A stretch of 64,000 nt of DNA from Eledone cirrhosa (GCA_964016885.1 OZ024740.1:166532001-166596000); one strand, 5' to 3'; shown: positions 13,401 through 27,546, counted from the stretch's first letter. Program-made: numbers and translations. Notes: generated from the sequence alone by a model not told the origin.

Positions 13401-14760
13401 TTCAATGTACTTTCTAAATTCAGTGCTATATTTTTCCTCTGTGTCTTGGTAGATTTGTTGTTCTAAGTATCCTATTACAGAGTTCGTGTAAACGGGAACA
13501 TACTTCGTTCCTATTGCTGTGCCTATAATTTGGATGTAATTCTTTCCATTGAAGAAGAATGTGTTGTTTTCAGGAATAAGTCTGATTGCGTGTAATATAA
13601 ATGGCACTGTAAATCTGATGGGAATCACTTCTCTATCTTTTTCCACCCAGTATTTAACCGCCTTTATTCCTAAATCATATGCAATGTAGGGGTAAAGGCT
13701 TACCACATCAAAACTAAGTAGAAGTGAATTCGTTTCCGTTGTAATATTTTGAAGCCAGGTTGTTGATCTACTTCATGCTTTTGTGGTCTATATTTGACGG
13801 TATTTCATGGTAGAATGTTGTGTCTTTCAGTTGTTCCTCAACCAAATCTTTGTAGTATTCAGCATCCATTATAACAATTGCACCCCCTTTAGTTGCTTAT
13901 TTAATTATTATTGTTTTATCATTTTGTATACGTTTAAGTGCAGACATTTTCGATTTGTTAATGTTTGGCCTAAAATTAGTTTTACGTCTAAGAGGAAAAT
14001 TAGACAGGATATCAATGTATTGGTCGAGATAGTTATTTCTTCCTTTTGGCGGAGTGAAATTTGATTTATTCTTTACTAGTGATTCATCACTCTCGTTGCT
14101 TTTATGAGCGAAGAATTCTACAAGTCGTAATTTACGACATAATTCTTGGGTATCCTCCTTTAGTTCTTTGTGGTTGTCTGTTGGAGTCGGTGTGAATTTC
14201 AGTCCTTTTGACAGAATTTGCATTTCATCATTGTCAAGATCTCGTTTTGATAAATTAATTATTTTAGGATCTACATGTTCAATTGTTTTGGGTATGTTTC
14301 CTCCTGGAGTTTTTCTTTTTCAAGTTTTTGTTGTCCTGGCGTTAAAAAATGGATTTTTTCTCTGTGCAGGATTTATATTCCTGTTGGTGTTTGCTTGATG
14401 AACTTTTGGTCGTGATATTATACTTAGTTTCGTTATGTTTTTTGTCCTATTTTTGGTATTAAGTATATTATTTTTCCATTTCTTGTTAGCATTATTTTTA
14501 ACAATCTGGAAAAATGACCCAGGTTTGCTTTCAGGTTTAGATCCTTTTTTTTTCAGTTTCTTGTGGGTAATCTCTGTTGAGATCTTGAATGTGATCTGGT
14601 TATTCTACGGTTTTTTCCCCTTCCTTGTAGGTAGTCTCTGTTGAGATCTTGGGAATGATCTCCTGTTTTTTCTACTTCTCATGGTCTGATCAAAGGAATA
14701 TCTATCGTGTTTGTGCTTTTTGTTCATGTTCTGTGCGTTAGGGTGTTTTTGTAGATATAT
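10487..14760 (-). mobile_element. Near-full-length decayed Penelope-like element (Neptune-like), interrupted by a mariner
   Basis: ILSKGLKFTPTP (13897-14223). RT VSLYP..GTAIGT..WKRYLDDCF..LPFLDI (13179-13706), thumb (11444-11910), GIY-YIG LIYCIKF..LYVGQT..ERARVH (11058-11411). HHR at ~10597-10641(-): TGAAC-CTGGAGA-TTGC-GAAA-GCAT-GAAA..GTTCA. Confidence 0.9.
11917..13208 (+). mobile_element. Tc1/mariner (DD34D mariner) transposon, ~1.29 kb, with TIRs and TA target-site duplication; transposase 12107-13142 disrupted
   Basis: TA|CGAGGTGTGTCAGAAAAGTTCCAGGACT ... AGTCCTGGAACTTTTCTGCCACACCTCG|TA. Motifs VPKLL, ITGDESW, LHYDNAPAH, YSPDLTLCDFFLF. Frameshifts and a stop codon. Confidence 0.96.
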
Positions 14761-14905
14761 ATGATATATATATGATATATATATATATATGATATATATA
14801 TATATATATGATATGTATATATATGATATATATATATATATATATGTATGTATATGTATATGTATATATATATATATGATTTTAATTATAACACTACGGG
14901 CGCAT

Positions 14906-14981
14906 ATCTGTTTCAATTCTCACTCAGAATATTAGCAACTACTACAATCTCATAATATTCTGAGTGAGAAAACAAACAGAT
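14906..14981. repeat. Small hairpin with an 18-bp perfect inverted core
   Basis: TTCTCACTCAGAATATTA / TAATATTCTGAGTGAGAA, plus outer ATCTGTTT / AAACAGAT. Confidence 0.8.
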
Positions 14982-15272
14982 GATTCCCCTGAAGTTTAAA
15001 TCTTCAAATAGAATTATATAAACTCTGCACCTTAAATTCTTTATTGAACAGAGATCACCTCAGCTTTATAAGTGAGATTATGTGATATCTCCCGATCTCC
15101 TTCCCATGTCATCTTTTCGTGTACAACTTCACTATTTATTACTAATCTAATTCTACGTGCTACACCCGTACTTTCTTCGTTTAAATGACTGTTTAATTAC
15201 CAGCATGACAACTCACTCTCCCCCCCCTCTCTCTCTCTGTGTCTCACTCTCTCTCACTCTCTCTTTCTCTCG

Positions 15273-15311
<39 letters not shown>

Positions 15312-15397
15312 TACATACACATACATACGCAATTCGTATATCCGGTTTAAAATAGATACACTGTATCCTTGCATACAGAAAGGCGCGACGGTATAGA

Positions 15398-15715
15398 TTA
15401 ACACCAGGAAGAACATCCCGCAGTAGAACATTACCAAAAAATGGACTACAACATGTACCTAAAGCCTTTCATGGATGCTGCAAGGCTAACTACTGCTTTA
15501 TCGTGTAAAGTAATTTCGAAAAGTTTTAAATGAGCAGCGAGAAATGTCTCCGGTGCTTCTACTGGAATCCGCCAGATGGTGCTGGCCCTCAGCCTTTCAA
15601 TATTCATAGCTTGGCTTTCAAAATTCTTATTTATAAAACATACCGTATATATTTAGATATAGGAAATTCACATATAGGCATGAATATGAATACAGCTATA
15701 CCGAGGCAAAATTGA

Positions 15716-15779
<64 letters not shown>

Positions 15780-16097
15780 TCAATTTTGCCTCGGTATAGC
15801 TGTATTCATATTCATGCCTATATGTGAATTTCCTATATCTAAATATATACGGTATGTTTTATAAATAAGAATTTTGAAAGCCAAGCTATGAATATTGAAA
15901 GGCTGAGGGCCAGCACCATCTGGCGGATTCCAGTAGAAGCACCGGAGACATTTCTCGCTGCTCATTTAAAACTTTTCGAAATTACTTTACACGATAAAGC
16001 AGTAGTTAGCCTTGCAGCATCCATGAAAGGCTTTAGGTACATGTTGTAGTCCATTTTTTGGTAATGTTCTACTGCGGGATGTTCTTCCTGGTGTTAA
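15398..16097. repeat. 700-bp perfect palindrome centred on (TA)n
   Basis: Arms of ~320 bp appear identical, and the ORF track gives the same 61-aa peptide on both strands. Confidence 0.95.
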
Positions 16098-16268
16098 CGA
16101 AGGAAATGTGGTAAGGAACCAGGTGGACCATAACGCACCAAAGTACTCAATACTTGAGGTAGTAGAGTGGGTAATAGGAACCAGTAAGACCCCGACAGCT
16201 GAGCTCAAGCCGTTTAGAGAATTAGCCGTCGAAACGGCTTGAGCTCAGCTGTCGGGGTCTTACTGGTT

Positions 16269-16272
<4 letters not shown>
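16096..16272. repeat. Short repeat family ending in a hairpin (16175-16272). Other copies at 23791-23988 and partial at 26338-26450
   Basis: Shared CGAAGGAAATGTGGTAAGGAACC...GACCCCGAC.GCTGAGCTCAAGCCGTTT with reverse-complement arms. Confidence 0.85.
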
Positions 16273-16309
<37 letters not shown>

Positions 16310-17110
16310 TTCAGTTATTAGGAGTATTCCAAACCTTGGTAGAACAAGTTGTGAGGAAAGTTCTCAACATACGTTAAGGTGACTCGACAGGTTGGTAGGG
16401 ATTCTGTAGTGGAAACACGAACATCCGGAGTGGGATGAAAACGTGGGATGAAAACGTGCCCGTTGTGTAATAATGAGCTCTTCCATATTCTAAGCTCAAG
16501 CCACCAACTACTCAACAACAAAATTGAAAGGTCAATTTTTTGCCAGCATAAACTGAAAGCGAAATTCTCACACTTCAAACCTTCAACCAAATCCTAACAC
16601 TACCTATCTTTCTACCCTAAATAACAATTCTACACCCCTAAAAATAAACTATATATGAAATTTAATACTTTCTTCCTTCATCTGTTCTCTGGTAAGACTT
16701 TCGCCTGTCCACTTCCAAATGCCTCTTAAAATTCTACCTTCCATCTCTCTCCCTCTACTCATCACAACTTTTAGCACACATCCCTCCTCCCCCTCCCTAT
16801 ACAAATCCTCTCACACCACACTATCTCTTTCTCTTTCTCTCCCTTCCTCTATCCCTTTTCTCTCTCTCTCCCTCTCTTTTGCCCCTCTCTCTCTCTCTGT
16901 TCCTCTATCTTACACTACTACCCCTTATTTCATTTCCTAAGGTCATTCCAACTTTGTATTTTGAAAATTCGGATGCCACAGTATCTTTCTTGATTGCCTA
17001 TTATAACATAGTGTAGCAATAATGGACTGAAATTCTGGTGAAACAATTGTAAATACGTGGATTAAATTCTTTTGTAATTGTTTACCTTCGTCCTATTTCT
17101 CTTCTTTGCT

Positions 17111-17144
<34 letters not shown>

Positions 17145-18750
17145 TACATGCATGCTCGTACGCAAATCTAATGCTCTCACTACCAGAATGTATTGCAGTA
17201 GTTTATTTCATTTCAATCAGAGCTGACCAGCCTGTATACCAAAGCTATAAAGACATCATCGTAAATATAAACGATTTCTTTATCATTTTTCATAAAGATA
17301 TCTGAAAGAAACCAATTTCGCCATACACTGTACTATTGTTACAACCCGGCCACACTCACATGTAAAACATTATCTCTGACTAGATATTCTCTCTATTTTA
17401 GAGTTCAAATATGTTGAGATGTATTGGCTCGTCTTGTTGGCACTAACTAATCTAATTGTAGTGGCATTTCAAACTCAAACAAAGAGAGGGAACAACTAAT
17501 CATTCATTGTTTGCATTCTATAGATGTAGTATTATATTAAAAGAGAAATATAACATAGTGTGTGAAATATAACATAGTATATGCAGGTTACTTATGTTTA
17601 TGATTGTCTCAGAAATAAATGTAGTTGCATCGCTCTAATTTTGAATGATTATTGAAATAATTCTAATTATGCTTCATTCTGATTGGTCGATTCACGTTAT
17701 ATTCACGAGGGAGAGGGAATCTAAATTTCCCCTAATTACTTCGTAGTATATGCAATAATAATTCAAATTGAAATTAAACAATGGACTCTTAAATAATTTA
17801 TATATAAGTAATAAAGATTCGAAAACTCATAAAATTATAGTTAACATCTATTACGCTATCAACATTGACAACAACTAATCAATAGAGTTGATGGACGTGT
17901 TCAAGAATTGTAACTGTCGTGAAGAATGTAGAATCCCATTCATCTGGCTCTGAGGAAGGAGAACCAGAGAAATAATCCAGAGAAAATTGTTTTATATCAG
18001 GGATATGTCGCTATTATTTTGCTTTTATTTCTATATTCTATATTCATTTTATTCTTTTGTATAGTGATACATTTGCAATTTAGTTTACACTCTCATACTT
18101 AAATCATGTTAAATGTTAGACTACATGTCTAACGAATGTTTTATGAAGCAACTGCCTCCAGACTATGCAAATCCTAAATAAGCTACTTCTATTTGTTGTC
18201 TTTTCTCTCCATGAGAAATATATGTATGTGGAGTGTGGAGTAGATTTGGATGAGGTTTACTCTCCGTCAAAGTCTTCGTCATTGTGCAAGAAATGTGAAT
18301 GGTATACAGATGAATATAAGCAAAACTATTGATAATTTAGAATGCATTTCGTTATAGTGTCCAGAAACAAAATAATGTAGGAAGCAGACAAGAAATCTGA
18401 TGTAACACATGCTATAGTAGGAAAACATCAATATAATTATGAAAGTATATTATATGGTCATTATTTATTATCAACTGGGGTGCATATTCTAAAGAACTGT
18501 CACTCTTAATGTATAACACGAAATTGGATTCAGCAGTCATGTTTATGAGTTAAAATAGAAAATATTATACAGGCAAGACGTGTGGTTAGGAAATCCGCAT
18601 CGCAACTACATGGCTCCATATTTGATCGTAATTTACATCTCTTCAGGACATGTGTGTGTTTTCTAATATGGTTTCAAGTTATCCAGTCATTTGTGAGTGG
18701 GATTTTCTCAAGAACCCTCCCCCCCCTCTCTATCTCTCTCTCTCACTCAC

Positions 18751-18789
<39 letters not shown>

Positions 18790-18790
<1 letters not shown>

Positions 18791-19000
18791 TTGCAAGGTA
18801 TTTTATATGAAATCGTGTGTCGAAACAAATATTGTTATACTTGGGGAGGGTCATATTGTTATAATATTGCCAGAAATAATAACAGAGCACACTCACTGCT
18901 TAGTTTGGGTTGGTTTTTACTTCTGTATCTTTTATATCTTCATAGTTAATTTATTTGGCAATCAATGTTTATCATTGATTGACCAACGGTTAAAAATACA
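18790..19000 (+). repeat. Dispersed ~210-bp repeat next to (TA)n. Other copies at 36627-36845(+) and ~21505-21645(-)
   Basis: Shared TATGAAATCGTGTGTCGAAACA.ATATTGTTAT..TTGGGGAGGGTCATAT...CATTGA.TGACC. Probably a PLE end. Confidence 0.75.
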
Positions 19001-19136
19001 GATATATATAGTTTCCCATTTTATCTGTATCTCTCACTTCCTTTTACCCCCTCTAACAGTCACTCTCTCTGTTAGCCTCTTCCTCACACTTTCACTCACT
19101 CACTCTCTGCTACTCCCTCTCCTACCTCCTCCCGTT

Positions 19137-19386
19137 TGACCTGTGCGAGATTCTTTCCTCACACACACTTCGACCAGGTCCTATGGTCTTTATTCTCTCT
19201 CGTCTACGATTTCACAGAACTTATGTTCAACGATTTCAGGGACTTGACTCCTTCTTCTTCCCGTATGACCTATGCGAAATTCTTTCCTTACTCACATTTC
19301 GACCAGGTTTGATGGTATTTATTCTCTCTCGTCCACGATTTTACAGAACTTATGTTCATCGATTTCAGGGACTTGACTCCTTCTTC
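19137..19386. repeat. Diverged tandem duplication, ~129-bp unit
   Basis: TGACCT.TGCGA.ATTCTTTCCT...CGATTTCAGGGACTTGACTCCTTCTTC occurs twice. Confidence 0.85.
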
Positions 19387-19699
19387 CTCACTTTTCGTTG
19401 CATTACCATCTTTGATTGTTTACTGTGTCGCTCGTTCCCTCTATTTACGTGTCCCTACGACTTTCTTTAGCCGTTGCTCGCACCAACCAGAGGTATATGG
19501 TCTTTAAAGCGATGAAATACCAATGAAGGTTGGAAGATCACTGATGAAGGACTAAACTTATTCATATGTAACCCATTTGCAACCACGCAGCACGCCATGT
19601 TTTCATATATATATGTGAAACACTGGTGCCGAGGAAAGAGAACAAAGGAAAGCACGTCAGATCTGCAAACCCAAAAGTGTGAGCAGCCAGAGAACACCT

Positions 19700-20616
19700 G
19701 AAAGCTGCCAGGGACCAATTCTATGCTGATCCTACGGAGGAGAGGATGGAGACTGTGGAGATGATGAGGGAAGAGCTCTGTACCGCTTACACTGAGGTCA
19801 GAGAGGAGGCACTGATAGGGAAGATCAGAAGTGTGGAGAGAGCGGTTGATAGATCTGGATGTAAGGAGAGCTGGATGATCATCAACGAGATCACAGGGAG
19901 GAAGAAAAGGTGTTCGAGTCAGATCCAGGGAACGGGGCCCGAGGATAGGAAGAGGAAATGGCTAGACCATTTTAGGACCCTACTAGGAGAGCCACCCTCC
20001 ACAGCCCAGAGCACTGGGGAGATCAGGCGGTTGTTTGAGGAACTGGATGTTGAGACAGAGCCCTTCACCAGAGAGGAGCTTCAGAGAGCCAAGAAGAAGA
20101 TCAAGGAGGGCAAGGCTCATGGAGAAGATGGAGTGGCATCAGAGGTGATGAAGAGGTGTGATTTTGATGATATCATCCTGGGGTTCTGTAACGGGGCACT
20201 GGAGAAAGGAGTTGCCCCGAATCAGTGGAGGATCAGTAACATCGTCCCAGTGCCAAAGAAGGGAGATCTCTCTAACACCAACAACTACCGGGGGATCTCA
20301 CTGACGTCACTTGTGGCAAAGACCCTCAACAGGATGATTCTTAACAGGATCCAGCCTGAGATGGAGAAGAAGCTCAGGGACAACCAGAACGGCTTCAGAG
20401 AGGGTAGGTCAACCACCAATCACATCCTGATGCTGAGGAGGATATTAGAGGGAGCTAGAACAAAGTGCCTTCCTGCGGTCATGGTTTTCATTGACTTTAG
20501 GAAGGCCTTTGATTCTGTGGACCGTTACTGCCTGATGAAGATCTTACAGGCTTATAGAATCCCCAAGAGGATAGTGGACCTGATATCACTGCTCTACACC
20601 AACACCAAAGCCCAAG

Positions 20617-20620
<4 letters not shown>
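19700..20620 (+). mobile_element. LINE (RTE/RTE-X-like) internal RT fragment, truncated at (TA)n
   Basis: Open frame with KAHGEDGV, PVPKKGDL..NYRGISL, QNGFREGRST and FIDFRKAFDSV. Ends before the YADD motif. Confidence 0.9.
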
Positions 20621-20685
<65 letters not shown>

Positions 20686-20869
20686 TCAGAGCAAACAGCA
20701 CGGACACTCTATCTCAAAATTATTTTTGAAAAGCATTTAGAAATGCGCAACCGGTAAAAACTTAAAACCACAACTGAATACTAACCCATACAATCACTAA
20801 TACTCTTTTATTCCTAATTAAACCATTTTTCAACTGTGAACAATTTGTCAGCATTTTCTATTCCGTTTA

Positions 20870-20940
<71 letters not shown>

Positions 20941-20946
<6 letters not shown>

Positions 20947-21482
20947 TAAAATAACAGATTAAAGTTGAAGCAAAGAATCGCTGCTTTCACCCTTAACGGC
21001 ATCTTCTGAAACTAACAAAGTCAATCTGTGAACGCAGAAGTGAATATTTCAAAAAACGGAGGAAGACAGGAAGACGATACTTTGGTTCGTGGAAACGTTC
21101 CCTGGTAATGAACGGGAAAAAAACGAATATAAACGTCATTATTTGGAGCGGAGAAAAACAATTACACGCAAAGACAGAACCACGTTTATGGTATAAAAGA
21201 AGTCTTAGACTAATATTATCTTAGGTAGTTTCCACGAACCAAAGTATCGTGTTCCTGTCTTCCTCCGGTTGCAACGTTATTTGAAATATTCACTTCTGCG
21301 TTCACAGATTGACTTTGTTAGTTTCAGAAGATCCCGTTAAGGGTGAAAGCAGCGATTCTTTGCTTAAACTTTAATCTGTTATTTTAATAAATATTTGCTC
21401 TACGGTTCTTATGTATTTGATATATATTTATCCTTATCGAGCCCTCTTTGGATTTTAGACTTCAAATTTATTATTATTACTA
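20941..21482. mobile_element. Fold-back non-coding copy of the family G PLE end, between (TA)n tracts
   Basis: 20941-21227 is the reverse complement of ~9780-10068. 21229-21482 is the sense 3' end. Each arm carries an HHR. Confidence 0.88.
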
Positions 21483-21644
21483 TATATATATATAGTCTAT
21501 CAAAGTCCTTTCGTCATTTATAACTGTATGTTTAACCGATGGTCAATCAATGATAAACATTGATTGCCAAATAAATTAACTATGGAGATATAAAAGACAG
21601 AAGCGAAATCCAACCCAAACCAAAGTGAGTGGGTTCTATTATTA

Positions 21645-22251
21645 TTGGCAGTAGCGGTAGAGGGTCGGACGCCATGCTTTCCAGCATAGTTACGTCCCTT
21701 TACGATCTGATTTCAAATCCCGCAGACGTTGACTTTGCCTTTCATCCTTACGGGGTCGATAAAATAAAGTACCAGTAATGCACTGAATAATTGCTGGCCT
21801 TGTGCCTAAAGTAGAAACAATTATAATTATTAAACGATTAGGGCGGTGAATTGGCAGTATCGGTAGAGGGTCGGACGCCATGCTTTCCAGCATAGTTACG
21901 TCCCTTTACGATCTGATTTCAAATCCCGCCGAGGTTGACTTTGCCTTTCATCCTTACGGGGTCGATAAAATAAAGTACCAGTAATGCACTGGGTAATTGC
22001 TGGCCTTGTGCCTAAAGTAGAAACAATTATAATTATTAAACGATTAGGGCGGTGAATTGGCAGTATCGGTAGAGGGTTGGACGCCATGCTTTCTAGCATA
22101 GTTACGTCCCTTTACAGTCTAAGTTCAAATTCCGCCGAGGTTAACTTTCCCTTTCATCCTTATGGGGTCGATAAAATAAAGTACCAGTAATGTACTGGGT
22201 AATTGCTGGCCTTGTGTCTAAAGTAGAAACAATTATATTTATTAAACGATA
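21645..22251 (+). mobile_element. Head-to-tail trimer of the tRNA/MESC SINE, 206-bp period
   Basis: TTGGCAGTA(T/G)CGGTAGAGGG at 21645, 21851 and 22057. A-box, B-box and MESC-like core in each unit. Confidence 0.92.
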
Positions 22252-22304
22252 TATGTAACCTCAGCATCTTATTTCGTTATTTATATATATATATATATAT
22301 ATGC

Positions 22305-22373
<69 letters not shown>

Positions 22374-22889
22374 TGAATGGTTGGCTGTGTGTGGGTGGGT
22401 GTGTATGTATTTATATATGGCTTATTAAACCCACACGTGCTTTCTCTCAAAGTAAAAAAAAAATCGTTTCTTCCCTTTCTTACTCCAATCCCTCTTTCTA
22501 GTTCTGCTTTAACTATCATTCTTTCATTTGATGATGGACTAAAGACTGAAACGTTAAGGTTCATTTTCAACAATCCAACATTAAATGAATATATATCTTA
22601 ATTGTAATTAATTATTTTCATATGTGGTTTATCCGTCTATTTATCGCATGTATAAATGCGATTATGTAATTATTGAAATGAGGTAAATTCTAACCTACTG
22701 GTTTATGATTTATTTTAATACCAAATTATCTGGAGTACACAGACCAATATGTATGCGCCGACGAGTGCTCTATCATGTCAACAGTAGTCTCGGTTGACTA
22801 ACTAATAGAATATAGAGAGCTAGCATCTGCGGTGCTAAGGCACAAGCCGAAACCACTTGGTGCCACAGTCACGATTTTACATCTCTCAT

Positions 22890-23190
<301 letters not shown>

Positions 23191-23511
23191 ATATATATAT
23201 ATATATATAAATGTATGTGTAGGTATTTATATTCCCTCTGATAGTTTGTAAAATGTTTACATAGATCTATATGATATACATACCGACACACACATATATA
23301 TCCTAGAAACGATCGTAAAATAATGATTTTTTTAATATAAGGAACTGTTTCTTTAATTTTATTCATTGTTTTTATTAATTTATCTTGACTCTGTTTTCCT
23401 GTGATTTTTATCGAAAACATTTTTGAATACATCTTCTCTTTTCATGATATTTGGATTACATTGAGTTCTTCATACGGACTGGACACTACCGTATATTTTG
23501 GTAGATTTATC

Positions 23512-23555
<44 letters not shown>

Positions 23556-23573
23556 TCAATTATATTAAATAAA

Positions 23574-23630
23574 TTCTATTATATATATTTCAAAGGTACC
23601 AAAATTTTGGTACGCTATCATCAGATGAAA
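23574..23630 (-). ncRNA. Hammerhead-like motif
   Basis: CTGATGA-tagc-GTACCAA-aatt-TTGGTAC-cttt-GAAA-TATATATA. Stem I is weak. Confidence 0.5.
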
Positions 23631-23737
23631 TACGAAGTGTGTTTTATAAATGTTGATATAACCTAGGAAAATATACTTTAACGGTTTAAGTTTTCAAGTG
23701 TTGAATTGAATTCCCAACAAATTGAATATCCCTTCTG

Positions 23738-23793
<56 letters not shown>

Positions 23794-23987
23794 GAAGGAA
23801 ATGTGGTAAGGAACCAAGTGGAACATAATGCACCAAAGTACTCAATACTTAGGGTAGTAGAGTGGGTAATAGGAACGAGTAGGACCCCGACGGCTGAGCT
23901 CAAGCCGTTTCGACGGCTAATTCTTTTTAGTCCAGAATTAGCCGTCGAAACTGCTTGAGCTCAGCCGTCGGGGTCCTACTCGTTCCT

Positions 23988-24018
<31 letters not shown>

Positions 24019-26471
24019 AAGAGAGAGAGAGAGAGAGAGAGAGATGTATGAAAGTGTGTGCATACGCGCATGCGTGATAGAGTGCGTGTGTTGATGCGCA
24101 CATACAATAGTGATGTCTCTAATATTGCTGGTGTGCAATAATTGACACCATTGAAAGTTTAATCCTTATTGATATATTGATTACTGTCATTTAACATTTA
24201 ACAACGCTAGCTAAGGAGATCACTGTTTAAGAGGCACTACGATCATAAATGGTGGCCTATCTTTATTTACAAATATTAGACCTCATTACGAAATAACGCC
24301 TTTCTTTTTTTGAACAATAATGTGTATATAAGGGAGGCTGTGATGCTATTACTACGCAATCCATCATTGAGCAGACTAAGGAGTATGTAACCTAATGGCT
24401 CATGCAAATATAAATGCTTACAATAAACGACAGTAAAAGAAAAAACACCGGCTTCATAATTCCTTGTAATTCGAAAAATTATTCATGTATATTTATTTTT
24501 TTGTAATTTGCAAACCGTCGATATTTACTGGCTCCCTTGGACCTTCATTCGTCCATTGCATTTACGTTGAGCAAAGTGACCAAATAGTGTTTGTAAATTC
24601 TTTAAAGAAATATTATATAATGCTTTAAAAAGACCCGTTTCCTTCAAAATATTTATATCATTGACTGGTATACACGGCAAAATACACACACACACACATA
24701 TTCGTATAATGTATGACTTCTGTGTCAAAACGAAGGTATACTATAGAAGCTGACATTTTAGCAACACCACGGCTGGGATTCCTGTATATTGTTCTTCATG
24801 TGTCATTGCATGCTTATAATCAATAGTATTCCAACCGTGACCAATCCGTATTTATCCTTCGCATTTTGTATGTAGGCGCAGGTAATGTTCAGAATCATTT
24901 TCTTTAGAATGATATTGTGAATGTTTTTTGTTTACACAAAACCTCTTCCTATTGTTAGCATTGGTGTTGTTATTTAACCCCAAGGGTATCTATTATCAAA
25001 ACTGATGAGAACTTCAGAAGGTCGACACAAGGGTAGAAATATATAAATGGCAAAGAATGATAAATAAAACAAAACAATGTAATGCTATTTACCTAGCATA
25101 TTTTAATATGATATTTTAGGGTTATGACCCACTTTTCAAATGCAAAACAAAAAAGAAACACATGATGCGCTTCTTTATTTGCAGGTTATATATTTCTGCC
25201 ACATTGTACCGGCTTCCTGAAGTTTTCATCAATTATTACATACCTCACAATGATTTATATTAAATATTCTACATTGTTAAATCCAATTTATCATGACAAT
25301 TCGCTTTTTGTTTCTGACACGGTGTATCTCTGACTAACATAATGCAGCAGCGTATGCATTCATTGATATTTGGGTATTATTTCTAGGAGATCAAGTGAAG
25401 AGGTTGAGCCTAACTCAAGCGTTAGCTCATGTGCTATTTGCAGTGTGTAAACAGAAGCAGTACCAATTTGTGCACAACAGTTAATAGAGACTGAATTTTG
25501 CGTTACCACAAACTTTCCCCAGATAATTAATCGTAGTTTATGCTTCCCTTGGTATCATTGCACACATATCAGCTAATGAGGCATCATATCCACTAGGACA
25601 GAACACATCACTATTGATCTGCATTAATGTCAATATCCATTAATATGGCTCCATTTAGTCCCAATTACATAACTACTTAGTCAATAACTAACACTCGGGT
25701 AATATCTCATTTCTGTTCAGTTTTTTAATTGAAATCGTTTATTCTAGCACTCTCTTTCCTTGTCCCTATTCCACATTTGGGATTTAGTTTTGTTTCAGTT
25801 TCTCTCTTTAGTTAGTTGTCAATCATTTATTCCGAGCTTCGATCACATCTTTAGGGAGTTTCCTACAACTGGGAATGTCGTTATCGGAATTCTTTTTTTT
25901 CTTTGTAAAAAGACTTTAATATGTTGAGTCTTACCGAGAGAAATGCCTCTATTTCTCTATAAAATACCAAGTCCATACATATAAGCACATGCGTAATCCC
26001 TCTGCACATACATACACACACTAAATACAAACATGTACAAATATGTAAAAATATGCACGCATGTTTAATTTAATATGCAATTATGTATAACTGAGATGTT
26101 GGAGGGGTTTCCAAATATGCAAAATTGCAGCATTCACTTAGTTATAGAGAATGCATGAATCATTTTTTTGTTTTACTAAATACATAAATACATGAGAAAT
26201 AGCATTTCAAGATATAAATGTACATAATTATCTTTGTACAAAGGAACACACATACACACAGACACAGAGACATACCCCCCCACCACCACACACACACATA
26301 CACACACACAAACACACACATATATATAACAAATAAAGTATGGTAAGAAACCAGGTGGACTATAACGCACCAGAATACTTCATACTTAGGGTAGTAGAGT
26401 AGGTAATAAGAAAAGCGTCAGGACCCCGACGGCTGATCGCCGGCCGTTTTTTTGACAGCAAGATTCGAACT

Positions 26472-27545
26472 GTATATTACCCGTATGTTTTGTGAAGGTA
26501 TGTATACCTTCTCGTACGTATATTTGACTGTTATAGCGTATAATTTTTACATATTCTGGTATTTAGGGTTTGGCTATGTGTATACGGGAGTTTTGCGTCC
26601 GCGTGGTGTGCATGTTCGTACGTATGGTGGGTGTGTGTATATGTGTGCTTCTTGTTTTAGTTGACTTACGTCTCCGAACATTCGTGTATTTTTATGTAGG
26701 TATGCGTGTGCGCTTGTTATATACGTATTTATTTACTTATATACGTTTATATAATTATTTATTTATTTGTACACAAGCATACACACACACACATATTTAT
26801 ATGTGCGTGGTTTTGTATACCCATGGTAAGGTTTTGCGTATGCTTGTGTATGTACGTATCTGTTTGCGTGTATGTATTTATTTGTTCCTATTACTTCTGT
26901 ATTGTATTTATTTACTTTGTTCTTAACTCTGTAGCGGAGATTCATTTGGTCTCCTAGTTAGAATTTTAGTCTACGACTTCTGCTATTCCATTTACGTGGT
27001 TTTGTCTTTGCGAGCTATTGTTCTCCACGCTCCACATATGACTTATTATCTTCGTTTTTTCGTTCATTGCCAGAGAACGTCTCTATGCACCACCTAAGAG
27101 AACATTAGTCTACGACCTCTTTTATACCATAAACGTTGTTTTGTCTTTGCGCGTAATTGTTTTTCACCGCTCCTATTAATGACGTAGTATTCGTTTTTTC
27201 CCGTTCTTTGCCAGCGAACGTTACCACGAACCAAAGTATCGTTACCACAAACCAATTCCTGTCTTCCCCCGGTTGCAACGTTTTTTGAAATATCCAGTTC
27301 TGCGTTTACAGATTGACTTTGTTAGTTTCAGAAGATCCCGTTAAGGGTGAAAGCAGCGATTCTTTGCTTAAACTTTAATCTGTTATTTTAATAAATATAT
27401 ATATATATATTTATTAAAATAACAGATTAAAGTTTAAGCAAAATAAATATTTGCTCTACGGTTCTTATATATTTGATATATATTTATCCTTATCGAGCCC
27501 TCTTTGGATTTTAGTCTTCAAATTTATTATTATTACTATATATAT
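26472..27545 (+). mobile_element. Family G PLE 3' UTR copy (matches ~9155-10070) with a local (TA)-centred fold-back at ~27362-27442
   Basis: Near-identical sequence; the spurious ORFs 9392-9643 and 26706-26957 are almost the same. Confidence 0.9.
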
Positions 27546-27546
27546 A

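Noticed and set aside
19230-19262. GAAGA-AGGAG..TCCCT-GAAA on the minus strand in the 129-bp tandem
   Set aside because: Lacks the CU of the core in both units.
21645-22251. CRISPR-like array or tRNA genes
   Set aside because: 206-bp SINE units with no unique spacers, no cas genes and no cloverleaf, in a eukaryotic context.
22528-22556. HHR TTGATGA-TGGAC-TAAA-GACT-GAAACGTT
   Set aside because: Recognisable PLE-end relic, but core and stem II are degenerate, so it is not called as functional.
22755-22865. Possible long-loop hammerhead CCGACGA...GAAACCACTTGGTG
   Set aside because: Bases flanking the core do not form stem II, and the triplet is GUG.
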